A program made the position numbers and the translations under genes. Below are positions 37,089 to 46,486 of a stretch of 64,000 nucleotides of DNA, one piece after another (position 1 is the stretch's first letter; every line of letters begins with the position of its first letter). The notes beneath the pieces were generated by a model. That model worked only from the letters and a program-made list of their open reading frames with translations. It was not told the origin of the DNA and did no database searches. Origin of the DNA: Candidatus Bathyarchaeia archaeon (GTDB lineage Archaea > Thermoproteota > Bathyarchaeia > 40CM-2-53-6); contig JBEKFP010000001.1 of assembly GCA_050013255.1 (NCBI GenBank), forward strand, positions 256,001 through 320,000. The letters run 5' to 3'.

Positions 37089-38793
37089 GAACCTCTGCGA
37101 AATCGCTCTCGAAATATTCATCCTTATCCCTTGTTAGGGAACTTCTCTGGTTGGTTTCGAGTTTCCGCAGGTCTGTCCTCTTGATCTTTCCGCTCACAGT
37201 CTTAGGCAATTCGTTTACGAATTGTATGATCCGCGGCCGTTTGTAAGACGCCATCCGTTGCCTAGTGAAGCTGAATATCTCCAAGGCCAATTCTCTGGAA
37301 GCAATCAATTTTGGCTTTAGCATCACATACGCTTTTGGAACGAACCCTCTCAACGGATCTGGGCTTGCAACGACAGCAACCTCCGTTATGGAAGGGTGGA
37401 CCAGAAGTTCGCTCTCTACTTCGAAGGCACTGATCCTGTAGTCTGAGCTCTTGAATACGTCGTCGGCTCTTCCTATGAACCAGAAGTAGCCGTTGGCGTC
37501 GCGTGATGCCAGGTCGCCAGTAAGGTACCAATCGCCGACGAAGACTTCCCGATTCTTTTCGCGCGGGTCGATATAGCCTTCCATCACGCCAACCGGCCTT
37601 CGCGGCTTGACTCGAATAGCAAGAATGCCATCAGTTTTTGGTGGAACGGGATTATATTCATCGTCCAAGATTTCTACGTTGAACCCCGGAGCCACAATAC
37701 CCATCGACCCCAATTTGATTTCCATCCCTGGGAAGAAACCAACTGTTATGGTTGTTTCAGACTGCCCGAAGCCTTCTCGTATGGTGAGCCCCGTTGCATC
37801 GTGCACTTTCTGGTTTATTTCGGGGTTCAATGGTTCGCCGGCGCTAATGAGTTCTCTGAGAGAGAAGTGGTAGTCCTTCAAGTTCTCCAAGAGTAGGAAT
37901 CTCCATACTGTTGGAGGGGCGCAGAGGGTTCTCACGTCGTGGCTCTCAATCACGCTTAGAACGCGTTTGGGGTCGAATTTTCCAGAATAATTGTAGAGGA
38001 AACTTGTGGCTTCTGCGTTCCAGGCCCCGAAGATGCTGCTATACGCGTACTTAGCCCAACCAGGCGCACTGATGTTGTAATGTACATCACCCTTCCTAGC
38101 CCCAATCCAGTACATGGTGCTTAGGTGCCCAACCGGATAGCTTCCGTGGGTTTGAAGAACAAGTTTAGGTTTCGCAGTCGTTCCCGATGTGAAGTAGATG
38201 AGGAGTTCGTCTTCAGAGCTAAATGTATCCTCGGTTCTAAAGTTTGCAGACTGATCGTCTATCTCCGCATAATCTGTCCAGCCATTCCTTCCTCCTCCAA
38301 CACTAACCTTAGACACGGAGTCAGGTATCGAGGCTGAATCAATTCTACTAGTTAGCTGTGCGCCGGTGAAGACGCACTTAGCTTTCCCCCTCCCAATTCT
38401 GTCTCGAATGTCGTCAACCGTCAGTAGGGTGGAAGCAGGTATGATTACGCATCCAGCCTTCATCGCTCCGAGAAAAACTTCGAACAATTCAACGGAGCTA
38501 GGCATCATAAGCATGATTCGGTCCTTCTTCTTGAGTCCTAGGGTCATCAGGAAATTGGCTGCCTTGTTGGACCGCTCTTTCATCGCTTGAAAAGTGACCT
38601 TCGTCTCTAACCCTTTGTCGTCTACGTACATTAGAGCAGGGTTGGAACATTTCCCCGCCAGAGTGTCGAAGTAATCCAATGCCCAATTGAACTGATTCCG
38701 CTGTGGCCAGTCGAATCCGGCCTTCGCTTCCTGGTAGTTGTGTGCGTTGAGAAGGAAATCTCGAGCTGCCGTGAATTCTCTTAGGCCTGCCAA
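37072..38793 (-). CDS. Acyl-CoA synthetase (ACSM/medium-chain type, AMP-forming)
   Basis: YFTSGTTAKPK, SAGEPLNP, GFGQSET, GRADDVFKSS, LPKTVSGKI. Confidence 0.92.
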   Translation of the reverse strand: MAGLREFTAARDFLLNAHNYQEAKAGFDWPQRNQFNWALDYFDTLAGKCSNPALMYVDDKGLETKVTFQAMKERSNKAANFLMTLGLKKKDRIMLMMPSSVELFEVFLGAMKAGCVIIPASTLLTVDDIRDRIGRGKAKCVFTGAQLTSRIDSASIPDSVSKVSVGGGRNGWTDYAEIDDQSANFRTEDTFSSEDELLIYFTSGTTAKPKLVLQTHGSYPVGHLSTMYWIGARKGDVHYNISAPGWAKYAYSSIFGAWNAEATSFLYNYSGKFDPKRVLSVIESHDVRTLCAPPTVWRFLLLENLKDYHFSLRELISAGEPLNPEINQKVHDATGLTIREGFGQSETTITVGFFPGMEIKLGSMGIVAPGFNVEILDDEYNPVPPKTDGILAIRVKPRRPVGVMEGYIDPREKNREVFVGDWYLTGDLASRDANGYFWFIGRADDVFKSSDYRISAFEVESELLVHPSITEVAVVASPDPLRGFVPKAYVMLKPKLIASRELALEIFSFTRQRMASYKRPRIIQFVNELPKTVSGKIKRTDLRKLETNQRSSLTRDKDEYFESDFAEVLTTRR

Positions 38794-38929
38794 ACTTATC
38801 GTGCCCGAGTCGAATAGAGTTTCTTCTAAGGGTTGTTTCTAATTCCTTGCATTAGCAAGAAGCTTGAGAAATCATTCATTGTCTCTAACCTTAAGTTGCT
38901 AAATATCGCAGCCGACAAAGACAAACAAA

Positions 38930-39415
38930 TTGGTTGAGGGTAGATTGCCGAGGAAAACTTCGATCAGCGAGAGCAAAGAGGCCCCCGATTTCGCCCTCGT
39001 GGACCATGCGGGTAAGTTGGTAAGGCTTCGTGATTTTCGCGGGAAAAAGGTTGTTCTCTTCTTCTATGTTCGCGATGATACGCCAGGGTGTACGAAGGAA
39101 GCGTGCAGCTTCCGTGACGGCTATGGACCCTTGAAAGCCAGGGGTGTTGTGTTGCTAGGCATCAGCCCAGACCCGATAGAATCGCACAAAAGTTTCGCGG
39201 ACAAATACGATCTTCCGTATCCTTTGCTTGTTGACGCGAAGGCGGAGTTCGCAAAGAGGTTCGGCGTTTGGGGTAAGAAGAACATGTATGGCAGAACCTT
39301 CTTTGGGGTAATTCGCTCCACTTTCATCATCAACGAGAAGGGTAAGGTGGTGAAGGAATACAGGCGTGTGAAGGTGGATGGACACTTGGACCAAATTCTC
39401 AAGGACTTGGGATGA
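38930..39415 (+). CDS. bcp: Peroxiredoxin BCP/PrxQ
   Basis: DDTPGCTKEACSFRD. Confidence 0.92.
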   Translation: MVEGRLPRKTSISESKEAPDFALVDHAGKLVRLRDFRGKKVVLFFYVRDDTPGCTKEACSFRDGYGPLKARGVVLLGISPDPIESHKSFADKYDLPYPLLVDAKAEFAKRFGVWGKKNMYGRTFFGVIRSTFIINEKGKVVKEYRRVKVDGHLDQILKDLG

Positions 39416-39915
39416 CCATTAGGGCAACTGTCCTTAGCAGTGTAAATCCCATGGTAAACTTGGATGTCGCGTATGTCCCAACCCCCAAGGACATCGTTCG
39501 AAGAATGCTGAGGCTGGCAAGCGTACGTCGCGGTGAAACCGTTTTCGACCTTGGAGCGGGAGACGGGCGCATCCTGATTGAGGCGGTGAGAAGGTTTGGG
39601 GCTAAAGCCATAGGCGTGGAGGTGGACCCGGAACGCCTGGTTCGGATCAAAGAACGACTAACCGCGACTGGCACAGAGGCCGCGGTGATCCAAGGAGACT
39701 TTATGGAGGTCAACGTCTCTTCGGCCGATGTTGTCGCCATCTACCTTTCTGACTCTGTCAACGCTAAGCTGGCATCAAAGCTGAAGAACGAGCTCAAAGC
39801 TGGGGCGCGGGTCGTTTCCTTGGATTATACACTCCCAGGCTGGGCACTAGAGAAGGAGCTGACGGTCAAAAGCGGTGGTATTTCGCGCAAAATATACCTC
39901 TATAGGGTCGAATGA
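39412..39915 (+). CDS. Class I SAM-dependent methyltransferase
   Basis: YVPTP..V..ML, DLGAGDGRI, GARVVS. Confidence 0.88.
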   Translation: MTIRATVLSSVNPMVNLDVAYVPTPKDIVRRMLRLASVRRGETVFDLGAGDGRILIEAVRRFGAKAIGVEVDPERLVRIKERLTATGTEAAVIQGDFMEVNVSSADVVAIYLSDSVNAKLASKLKNELKAGARVVSLDYTLPGWALEKELTVKSGGISRKIYLYRVE

Positions 39916-40029
39916 GTCACGCACGTGCCATAGGAAAGTGGCATCTACATAAGTTACCCAGATGCCGGTCGAAACTTGTAAATAAAGAAGCATGCTACGC
40001 AGGTAGCAGGTTAGCATAGGGGAGGTGAG

Positions 40030-40248
40030 TTGTTGTCTAAGTTCAAGCTCCTCCTTCCTGCTATAGTCCTGGTCGTCTTAGTAGTCCTAATTCTGACCTC
40101 AAGCAACGCAAGTTACTTTTCGCCCGCCTGGTTATCCAAGGCTCTCTTGGGTGATGGAACTGGCGGAGGCGGACACGGCATTGCTAAGGCACTCTTGGGT
40201 GATGGTACTGGAGGCGGCGGTCACGGTCTCGCTAATGCTCTATTCTAG
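40030..40248 (+). CDS. Secreted/membrane-anchored precursor peptide with tandem KALLGDGTGGGGHG repeats
   Basis: SD GGAGGTGA before TTG; N-terminal basic plus hydrophobic segment; two 16-codon repeats differing almost only at synonymous sites. Confidence 0.8.
   Translation: MLSKFKLLLPAIVLVVLVVLILTSSNASYFSPAWLSKALLGDGTGGGGHGIAKALLGDGTGGGGHGLANALF
40138..40233 (+). repeat. 48-bp in-frame tandem repeat (2 full copies, plus a NALF remnant at 40234-40245)
   Basis: aaggctctcttgggtgatggaactggcggaggcggacacggcattgct / aaggcactcttgggtgatggtactggaggcggcggtcacggtctcgct. Confidence 0.92.
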
Positions 40249-40343
40249 AGAGGGGAACTTCCAGTTCATCCTCCTCCCGTTTTTGTGCAAAATATAAAGC
40301 TATTATACTCGCTGAGCCATCCCCGCTGAAACGGCGAACAAGG

Positions 40344-41507
40344 ATGCTTGCGACCGAGAAGGTTGGGTTCCTCCAAAGACACAAAATTGTTACGGAGATC
40401 ATTAAGCAACTCGACAGTACGAATATCAAGATTCTTTCCGCCTTGTGGGAAACTGGCCCACGGAACCTTCTCGAAGTTTCTCGGAAAACGGGAATACCAT
40501 TTACCTCTGTGTATCACCGTGTGGGCAAAATAGAGACAAAGTCGAAACGCCTCGCCGCTGTAATTCCGCAGGTTTCCAAACTTGGAATGGTGAGGATGGT
40601 TCTTCTCACCACTGCGAATCCGGGCTTCGAAGAGAGCGTAACTGCGGCGTTGAAAATACCAAACCTTTGGCGTTCCGTGAACCGATGCGAAGGCGCCTTC
40701 ACACACCTGTCAGTTCACGTCGTCCCCATACAATTCATGAAACATTTCAGGACATACCTGAAACGACTTTCCGAATTAGATTTGATTAAACAATCGAAAG
40801 TGTTCCTTGCAGGAGAATACATCCCTAACTTCCCGGCCTTCAAGTACTACGACCCTGCCTCTAATCAATGGACATTTGACTGGGGGCGCTGGTTGAACGC
40901 GCTTAAGCGGGACCCCACTAAGACGATCGAAGACCCGGAAAGCTATGCTATGCTTGCGGATGAGAAAGACCTAATGATTATCAAGGAACTTGAGAAGAAT
41001 GCCCGAAAGAGCTTCGCAGAGATTGCGCCGTTGTTGGGAATATCTTTGCAAGGCGTCAAGTACCATTACGACAAGAAACTGGTGCCATCTGAAATTGTGA
41101 AGTATTTTGGTTTCGATGTCTGGCCGTATCCCGAAGAAGTGTCGGCTTATCATGAGGTCTTGCTTAAGTTTACTAGCAGCGTAGAGATGAACCGGTTCTT
41201 CAGCTTAGTCGATGAGTTGTTCTTTGTACTCGGTGTCTCGAAGGTCCTACATCATAACTCGCTGATGGTACGAACCTACATGCTACAGAGCCAGGTGTGG
41301 AGCATGTTCTCTTTCTTCTCTCAAATGGCAAAGGAAGGAATGCTTGAGTCATATTCTTCTGTTAGGCAAGATTTCAGCGGCAGAGAGACACAATCAATAT
41401 CGTACGAACTCTTCGACCGCGAGAAGGGATGGACTTTCGATTTGGATAACTGCCTGTCAGAGCTGGCGAAACTAACTCAACTCACGCCAGTGGTCCAAAA
41501 GGTCTAA
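40344..41507 (+). CDS. Tandem (double) Lrp/AsnC-like wHTH transcriptional regulator
   Basis: Two AsnC-type HTHs: LDSTNIKILSAL..EVSRKTGIPFTSVYHRV and DEKDLMIIKELEKNARKSFAEIAPLLGIS..GVKYH. Confidence 0.8.
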   Translation: MLATEKVGFLQRHKIVTEIIKQLDSTNIKILSALWETGPRNLLEVSRKTGIPFTSVYHRVGKIETKSKRLAAVIPQVSKLGMVRMVLLTTANPGFEESVTAALKIPNLWRSVNRCEGAFTHLSVHVVPIQFMKHFRTYLKRLSELDLIKQSKVFLAGEYIPNFPAFKYYDPASNQWTFDWGRWLNALKRDPTKTIEDPESYAMLADEKDLMIIKELEKNARKSFAEIAPLLGISLQGVKYHYDKKLVPSEIVKYFGFDVWPYPEEVSAYHEVLLKFTSSVEMNRFFSLVDELFFVLGVSKVLHHNSLMVRTYMLQSQVWSMFSFFSQMAKEGMLESYSSVRQDFSGRETQSISYELFDREKGWTFDLDNCLSELAKLTQLTPVVQKV

Positions 41508-41510
41508 TGC

Positions 41511-41664
41511 TGGTCCCGCGGGCCGGATTTGAACCAGCGACGCTCCGGTTTCCGTTGTTAGCCTAGTAGGCTGACATGGGTACGCCTTGGGCGCACACCT
41601 ACAGCGTCTCCGTCGCTCCGAATAAGAGAGACTCGGAAGCTCTACCAGGCTGAGCTACCGCGGG
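41511..41664 (-). tRNA. tRNA-Tyr(GUA) with two BHB introns (41606-41633 at 30/31; 41550-41598 at 37/38)
   Basis: C1-G72 acceptor CCCGCGG/CCGCGGG; spliced anticodon arm TCCGG CTGTAGA CCGGA; encoded CCA. Confidence 0.9.
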
Positions 41665-41797
41665 ACCGATTCAAAGCCTTCGCTCTGTAGCCTATAAGGT
41701 TTCATGAACCATACGCCGAGCTTTCCGGCTTTCGTCTGAAAATATGCACCCGAGTTAAATTCCAGGAACAATTATTCTCGGCCTTGGGTTAGTTGCG

Positions 41798-42205
41798 ATG
41801 GCATTCAAGCGTTCATTTCGTGTTCACTGGGTTGACACAGACACCGCGGGTGTCATGCACTTCAGCAATTTCTTTCGTTACTTCGAAGCTTGCGAAGAAG
41901 AATTCTATCGTTCCCTTTCTCTGCCCCTGACTGAGATTCGCGATAGGTTAGGCGTATTGTTACCGCGCGTCGAGGTCCACTGTCAATACAAAGCTGCATG
42001 CAGACTCGATGAGCTGATCGATATTACGTTGAAGGTTCGCGAGGTCCAGGAGAAGACCATTATCTACGATTTCCAGATAATCCGTCAATCAGATGGAAAA
42101 CTGGCGGCGGAAGGTTTCGTGAAATGCATTGCTGTAAATTCAGAATGGAAAGCTGTACCCTTACCCGCTGAAGTCGCAAGAACGGTTCGTAACAGCATAG
42201 TGTAG
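41798..42205 (+). CDS. Acyl-CoA thioesterase (4HBT/YbgC hot-dog fold)
   Basis: DTDTAGVMHFSNFFRYFE. Confidence 0.9.
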   Translation: MAFKRSFRVHWVDTDTAGVMHFSNFFRYFEACEEEFYRSLSLPLTEIRDRLGVLLPRVEVHCQYKAACRLDELIDITLKVREVQEKTIIYDFQIIRQSDGKLAAEGFVKCIAVNSEWKAVPLPAEVARTVRNSIV

Positions 42206-42248
42206 AGGTTGGACTGTGGTTGAAACTATACAATGTAAAAGTTAGAAG

Positions 42249-42911
42249 CTATCGCTGCGACCGTCCACACTTCTCGCAGAACGTTAGGTCCCTGGTATTC
42301 TTCGCGCTGCAGAATTTGCATTTCCAGCGATCAGTTTGACCTGAAATTGCGTCATGCTTTTGTCCACTCTTGATTCCGAGTAGGCATAGGATGATTCCTA
42401 CTAGCAAGATCTCGTAGCCGGCGAACTCGATAATTGGATTCAGGAGGGTTGCGTTCTCGACGGTGTTTAAGCTGAAGATTACGACTCGGCGAGCTGTGTC
42501 CTGGTTGTCGAAGACGAAGTAATAGGTGCTGCTAGTTGTGGGTGTGAAGGTGAAGTTGGAGGAGATGACCGTTGGCCGCGCTAGGATGATTGCGCTGGGC
42601 TCTCCTGCTCGCCATTGTGAGAAGTTTCCCTGGTCCATCACGTAGAATGCTACTTCATGCCCATCCGCAACTTCCAACGCCCCTTCCACTTGGGTGCCCC
42701 CTCTTAGGTCGGCCGAGAGGGCGGTGTAGTTTGTGGCTGGCACTGCTATGAGTGTGGTGGGTAGGACTGGGATCTCAGTCTGATAGTGCGATGCTAAACC
42801 CAAGGTCTGTGCAATTGGGCTGAGAAACAGTGGGCCCTGCTCAAGCGTAAACACTCCCGCTAGGAACAGGAGCAGGCCGATTGTCAAAATTTTCCTTCGC
42901 ATCGTGGTCAC
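42249..42911 (-). CDS. Membrane protein with extracellular beta-sandwich and C-terminal RanBP2-like zinc ribbon
   Basis: N- and C-terminal TM helices, TYYFVFDN, WKCKFC..N...FCEKCG. Confidence 0.7.
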   Translation of the reverse strand: MTTMRRKILTIGLLLFLAGVFTLEQGPLFLSPIAQTLGLASHYQTEIPVLPTTLIAVPATNYTALSADLRGGTQVEGALEVADGHEVAFYVMDQGNFSQWRAGEPSAIILARPTVISSNFTFTPTTSSTYYFVFDNQDTARRVVIFSLNTVENATLLNPIIEFAGYEILLVGIILCLLGIKSGQKHDAISGQTDRWKCKFCSAKNTRDLTFCEKCGRSQR

Positions 42912-42955
42912 CGTTATTCAGTTTAGTTTAATTGCTCGATAGCTTCTAGAAAAGG

Positions 42956-43070
42956 TGGCGGGCCCGCGGGGATTCGAACCCCGGATCCCAGGCTTTCACC
43001 GCATCCGCTCCGAAGGCTTACACGAATCTGACGCATCTCTGTGTCTTAATCCTGGCTCGACTACGGGCCC
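42956..43070 (-). tRNA. tRNA-Arg(UCG) with two BHB introns (43018-43038 at 29/30; 42995-43009 at 37/38)
   Basis: Spliced anticodon arm CAGGC CTTCGGA GCCTG; BHB ACAC-AG^A..GTGT-AA^G. Confidence 0.9.
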
Positions 43071-43276
43071 GTGTTGTCGGCAGCCATAGGCGAAGATTGG
43101 TGTATATGGTTAGCGAAGCACCCGTGGCCCGACCTCCGGAAGCTTAGGTGACGGTCATCCACGCCCCATTGACGTCACACCGAGGATGATACTCCTCTGA
43201 TATTCCTGGAGGGGGAAAGGGAATAGTGTTAGGTACCATACGTCTACTCTTTGCGTCGAACATGTGGTGAAAACAA

Positions 43277-43711
43277 CTGCCGATCTTATCCGGTGAGGAA
43301 ATTGAAAGGCGCGTGCGAAACGGCTCACTGGCCCTCACGCCTTTCGAACGGGGGTGCCTGAATGGAGGCGGTTACGACCTGCGCCTGGCAATGGAGGTGG
43401 TCATTCCACCCGGAGAACATCGCTTGGTAGCAACTCTTGAGAGAGTTGAGTTGGAAGATGATATAGCTGGGACATTGCATCTTCGCTCCTCACTTGCACG
43501 CAAGGGAATAATCGCCAGCCTAGCATTGGTAGACCCGGGCTTTCGCGGGCAACTAACGATTTCTCTCTTCAACGCCGGAGCCGAACCATTCAAAATGAGT
43601 AGGAATGACAGGTTCGTGCAGATGGTGCTACATGAGCTTAGCAGCAAGACGCATTACGTGTACGGTGGGAAGTACCAAGATAGCCAAGGAATTGTAGATA
43701 GCCACGTCTAG
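43277..43711 (+). CDS. dcd: dCTP deaminase; probable CTG start at 43277
   Basis: (L)PILSGEEI N-terminus, YDLRL, LRSSLARKG, VDPGFRGQLT, YGGKYQ; SD GGTGA at 43266-43270. Confidence 0.9.
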   Translation: MPILSGEEIERRVRNGSLALTPFERGCLNGGGYDLRLAMEVVIPPGEHRLVATLERVELEDDIAGTLHLRSSLARKGIIASLALVDPGFRGQLTISLFNAGAEPFKMSRNDRFVQMVLHELSSKTHYVYGGKYQDSQGIVDSHV

Positions 43712-43813
43712 GCACGCTACTCTTTGTGTCAATACATGTCGAAAGTATTATTACTAGTGGGCATGGGCATGTGAATATCCTTACTTGTCAACTCGACTAC
43801 AGAAGGCGGCATC

Positions 43814-44563
43814 TTGAAAACAGGTTCACGTATATCCGACCTAAAGTACAAGCTCATGACCATTGAGCTCCTCAACCTAGCGAAAAACTACTACACATAC
43901 AGAGAACTCGCACAAATCATCGGACTCCCTGAGACCGTTCTAAGCAGATACGTAAAGGGTCACGTGCTACCGACGATAGATCGAGCGCAGAACATCAACA
44001 GAACCCTCCAGAAAATAATGCGTCTCGAAGGGGAGATTCAGCAAAGAATCCGTTTCGACGAATCAGGGTACTTCGACAACACTAAACTCATCTCAGACAC
44101 ACTACTCCTCGAACGCGCAGTTCAACATGCCGTAAACGCATTTGCTGGTATGCGCATTACAAAGATCCTTGCGGCAGCCGTTGACGGTGTACCTTTGGCG
44201 GCGCTTCTAGCACACAGGCTTGGTGTTGGCCTCATAATTGCAAAGAAGACAAGGGAAGTAGGAGTACGAGAGTTCATCGAGGAAATCTACATCCCCAACA
44301 GGACTGCAATAATGGTCAGTCTATACGTCCCACGAGACGCGCTAAGAAAAGGGGATTGCGTACTCATAGTGGACGATGTTATCGATAGCGGCGAAACACA
44401 GATTGCATTAACCCGAATCGTTCAGAAAGCCAAAGCAGAAGTCACAGGCATGTACGCTCTCATCAGTACGGGTTCAGAGTGGAAGAGCAGGATCGAAGCA
44501 GTCACTCATTGCCCAGTAGAAATCGTTTTGCAAGTAGGCAAGAAACCACTACAAGAAGTCTGA
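43814..44563 (+). CDS. HTH plus phosphoribosyltransferase (adenine PRTase/PurR-like) protein
   Basis: YRELAQ..LSRYVKGHVLP HTH; VLIVDDVIDSGET PRPP motif. Confidence 0.88.
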   Translation: MKTGSRISDLKYKLMTIELLNLAKNYYTYRELAQIIGLPETVLSRYVKGHVLPTIDRAQNINRTLQKIMRLEGEIQQRIRFDESGYFDNTKLISDTLLLERAVQHAVNAFAGMRITKILAAAVDGVPLAALLAHRLGVGLIIAKKTREVGVREFIEEIYIPNRTAIMVSLYVPRDALRKGDCVLIVDDVIDSGETQIALTRIVQKAKAEVTGMYALISTGSEWKSRIEAVTHCPVEIVLQVGKKPLQEV

Positions 44564-44663
44564 ATCAAGTTCGGACTTCGTTCGGCAACCAGCCCAGTTA
44601 CGGCTCGCTCTGCACGTCCGCAAGGCGGGGCATATTACAATATCCAGCTGACGTGTCAACCCG

Positions 44664-45707
44664 CTAGCTTTCATGTACGGACAACTTAGCTTCTAGCGTA
44701 TCCTGGGTTAGCAGGCCCTTTTCTGTGATGAAACCTGTTACAAGCTCAACCGGTGTGAGGTCAAATGCGGGGTTGAAGACCGGAACACCTTTCGGTACAA
44801 TTCGTTTTCCTCCCATGTGAGTGACTTCTTGCGGGCTCCTTTCCTCGATTCTTACTTCAGACTGCTCGGTCCTAAGGTCGAAGGTTGATGCGGGTGCAGC
44901 AACGTAGAATGGAATCTGGTTTGCTTTCGCTGCCAGCGAAATAAGATAAGTACCAACCTTATTGGCGACGAACCGCTTTGTGATTCTGTCCGCACCTACG
45001 AAGACGCTTTGTACCATGCCCTTACTCATCACGTATCCAGCAGCCCCGTCAACAATTAATGTCACTGGGATTCCGTCCCGGAGAAGTTCGTAGGTGGTTA
45101 ATTTGGCTCCTTGGAGCCTAGGCCGCGTCTCAGTAGCGATCACGCGAACCCTTTTGCCCTGCCCGATCGCTGTGCGAACCGGAGCGATGGCTGTGCCGTA
45201 ACTGACAGTCGCGAGCGTTCCAGCGTTGCAGTGGGTTAGGACCTGATCGCCGTCGTTAATCAGTCTGGCGCCATATTCGCCAATTTTTCGGTTTGCCTGA
45301 ATATCCTCCTCAGCCATTTTCTGAGCCTCGGCGACGATATGGGATGCTATTTCATTCGGTCCCCCCGCTGTTTGTCGAGCTTTTCGAAGGATCCTGTCAA
45401 TAGCCCAGAACAGGTTCCATGCTGTTGGGCGACTCTTTCGAAGTGCTTCCGCCGCTGTTTCAAGGTCCTGCATGAAATGCTCTTTATTTTTCGTTCTGCT
45501 CGCGTTGGCGGCGAGGGCTAGCCCCATGGCCGCGGCGACGCCTATTGCTGGTGCGCCACGAACGGTCATTTCTTTTATGGCCTTGGCAACCTGCGGGTAA
45601 TCTCTGAGGGATACGTAGGCAAACTTGTACGGTAATCTTGTTTGGTCTATCATTCTCACTCGGCCGCCAACCCACTCGACAGTTCTCAGTTCGGACATCG
45701 GCCGCAA
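44664..45707 (-). CDS. mtnA: Methylthioribose-1-phosphate isomerase
   Basis: VRGAPAIG, RPTAWNL, LTHCNAG.LAT, ETRPRLQG, NPAFDLTP. Confidence 0.9.
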   Translation of the reverse strand: MRPMSELRTVEWVGGRVRMIDQTRLPYKFAYVSLRDYPQVAKAIKEMTVRGAPAIGVAAAMGLALAANASRTKNKEHFMQDLETAAEALRKSRPTAWNLFWAIDRILRKARQTAGGPNEIASHIVAEAQKMAEEDIQANRKIGEYGARLINDGDQVLTHCNAGTLATVSYGTAIAPVRTAIGQGKRVRVIATETRPRLQGAKLTTYELLRDGIPVTLIVDGAAGYVMSKGMVQSVFVGADRITKRFVANKVGTYLISLAAKANQIPFYVAAPASTFDLRTEQSEVRIEERSPQEVTHMGGKRIVPKGVPVFNPAFDLTPVELVTGFITEKGLLTQDTLEAKLSVHES

Positions 45708-45906
45708 GTAAATCGCCTGTTGACGAGAATGGTCGCGCGCGTTGGATTAGCTTTCCCATGCGAATCAATACCATGACTCTCTGCAAGATTCAATGTCGAA
45801 GAAGTTCCGTTTGAGGATACTTAGGAGTGAATTATCGCTCTCCAGTGCACTTGGTCACAAAAGCATTAAGGGATGAACGTATCAGCGGTGAGTCGAGTGC
45901 CCTATC

Positions 45907-46470
45907 ATGGAGAACAACCCCAGCGCAGCACCTCAAACTCCCGCGCAAGTCCAAGAAAAACCACCGTTTACCCCTTGGATCGCGGTGTCCGGCCCGGGTT
46001 TGGTATACCTACCCTACAAATCTGAACTCATGGAGCTTAGGGACCGAGGATTCGGCGACCTCCGGAACGACAGGCTTGTCCTTTCTCCGTACGAATCATT
46101 CTACCTTCTAGAGAAACAGAAGATTCGAGTGTTTGCCAAGGATGCAAGCCGGGAGTTGGAGCTTCGAGACTTAGTCCAGAAGTATTCAGTTGGCAAACCC
46201 GAGATCTGGATCAAGTACTTGGTCTACCGTGACCTACGGGACCGTGGGTACATAGTCCGCGAGTCCACTAAAGCCTTCGACTTTGACATTTACGGAAAAG
46301 GGCCGCTGAGGCGTTTAATCTCAATCGTTTACGAAGGTGGCGAAGCGAGCCTTCAGAAATTAAGTAAACTGCTTCAATATTCTGACAAGGAGAAGAAGGA
46401 ATTGATACTAGCCGTTGTTGACAGGCGGACCGACATAGTGTACTATACGTTGAGTTCGTTGAATGTCTAG
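45907..46470 (+). CDS. tRNA splicing endonuclease, structural (non-catalytic beta-type) subunit
   Basis: LSPYESFYLLE, KYLVYRDLRDRGYIVR, LILAVVD..DIVYY; lacks the catalytic His after the DFxxY motif. Confidence 0.82.
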   Translation: MENNPSAAPQTPAQVQEKPPFTPWIAVSGPGLVYLPYKSELMELRDRGFGDLRNDRLVLSPYESFYLLEKQKIRVFAKDASRELELRDLVQKYSVGKPEIWIKYLVYRDLRDRGYIVRESTKAFDFDIYGKGPLRRLISIVYEGGEASLQKLSKLLQYSDKEKKELILAVVDRRTDIVYYTLSSLNV

Positions 46471-46486
46471 CAACGGTTACTATAGC

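Noticed and set aside
43140-43270. Possible C/D-box sRNA or hairpin upstream of dcd
   Set aside because: ATGATA..CTGA spacing is too short and the single hairpin is not distinctive.
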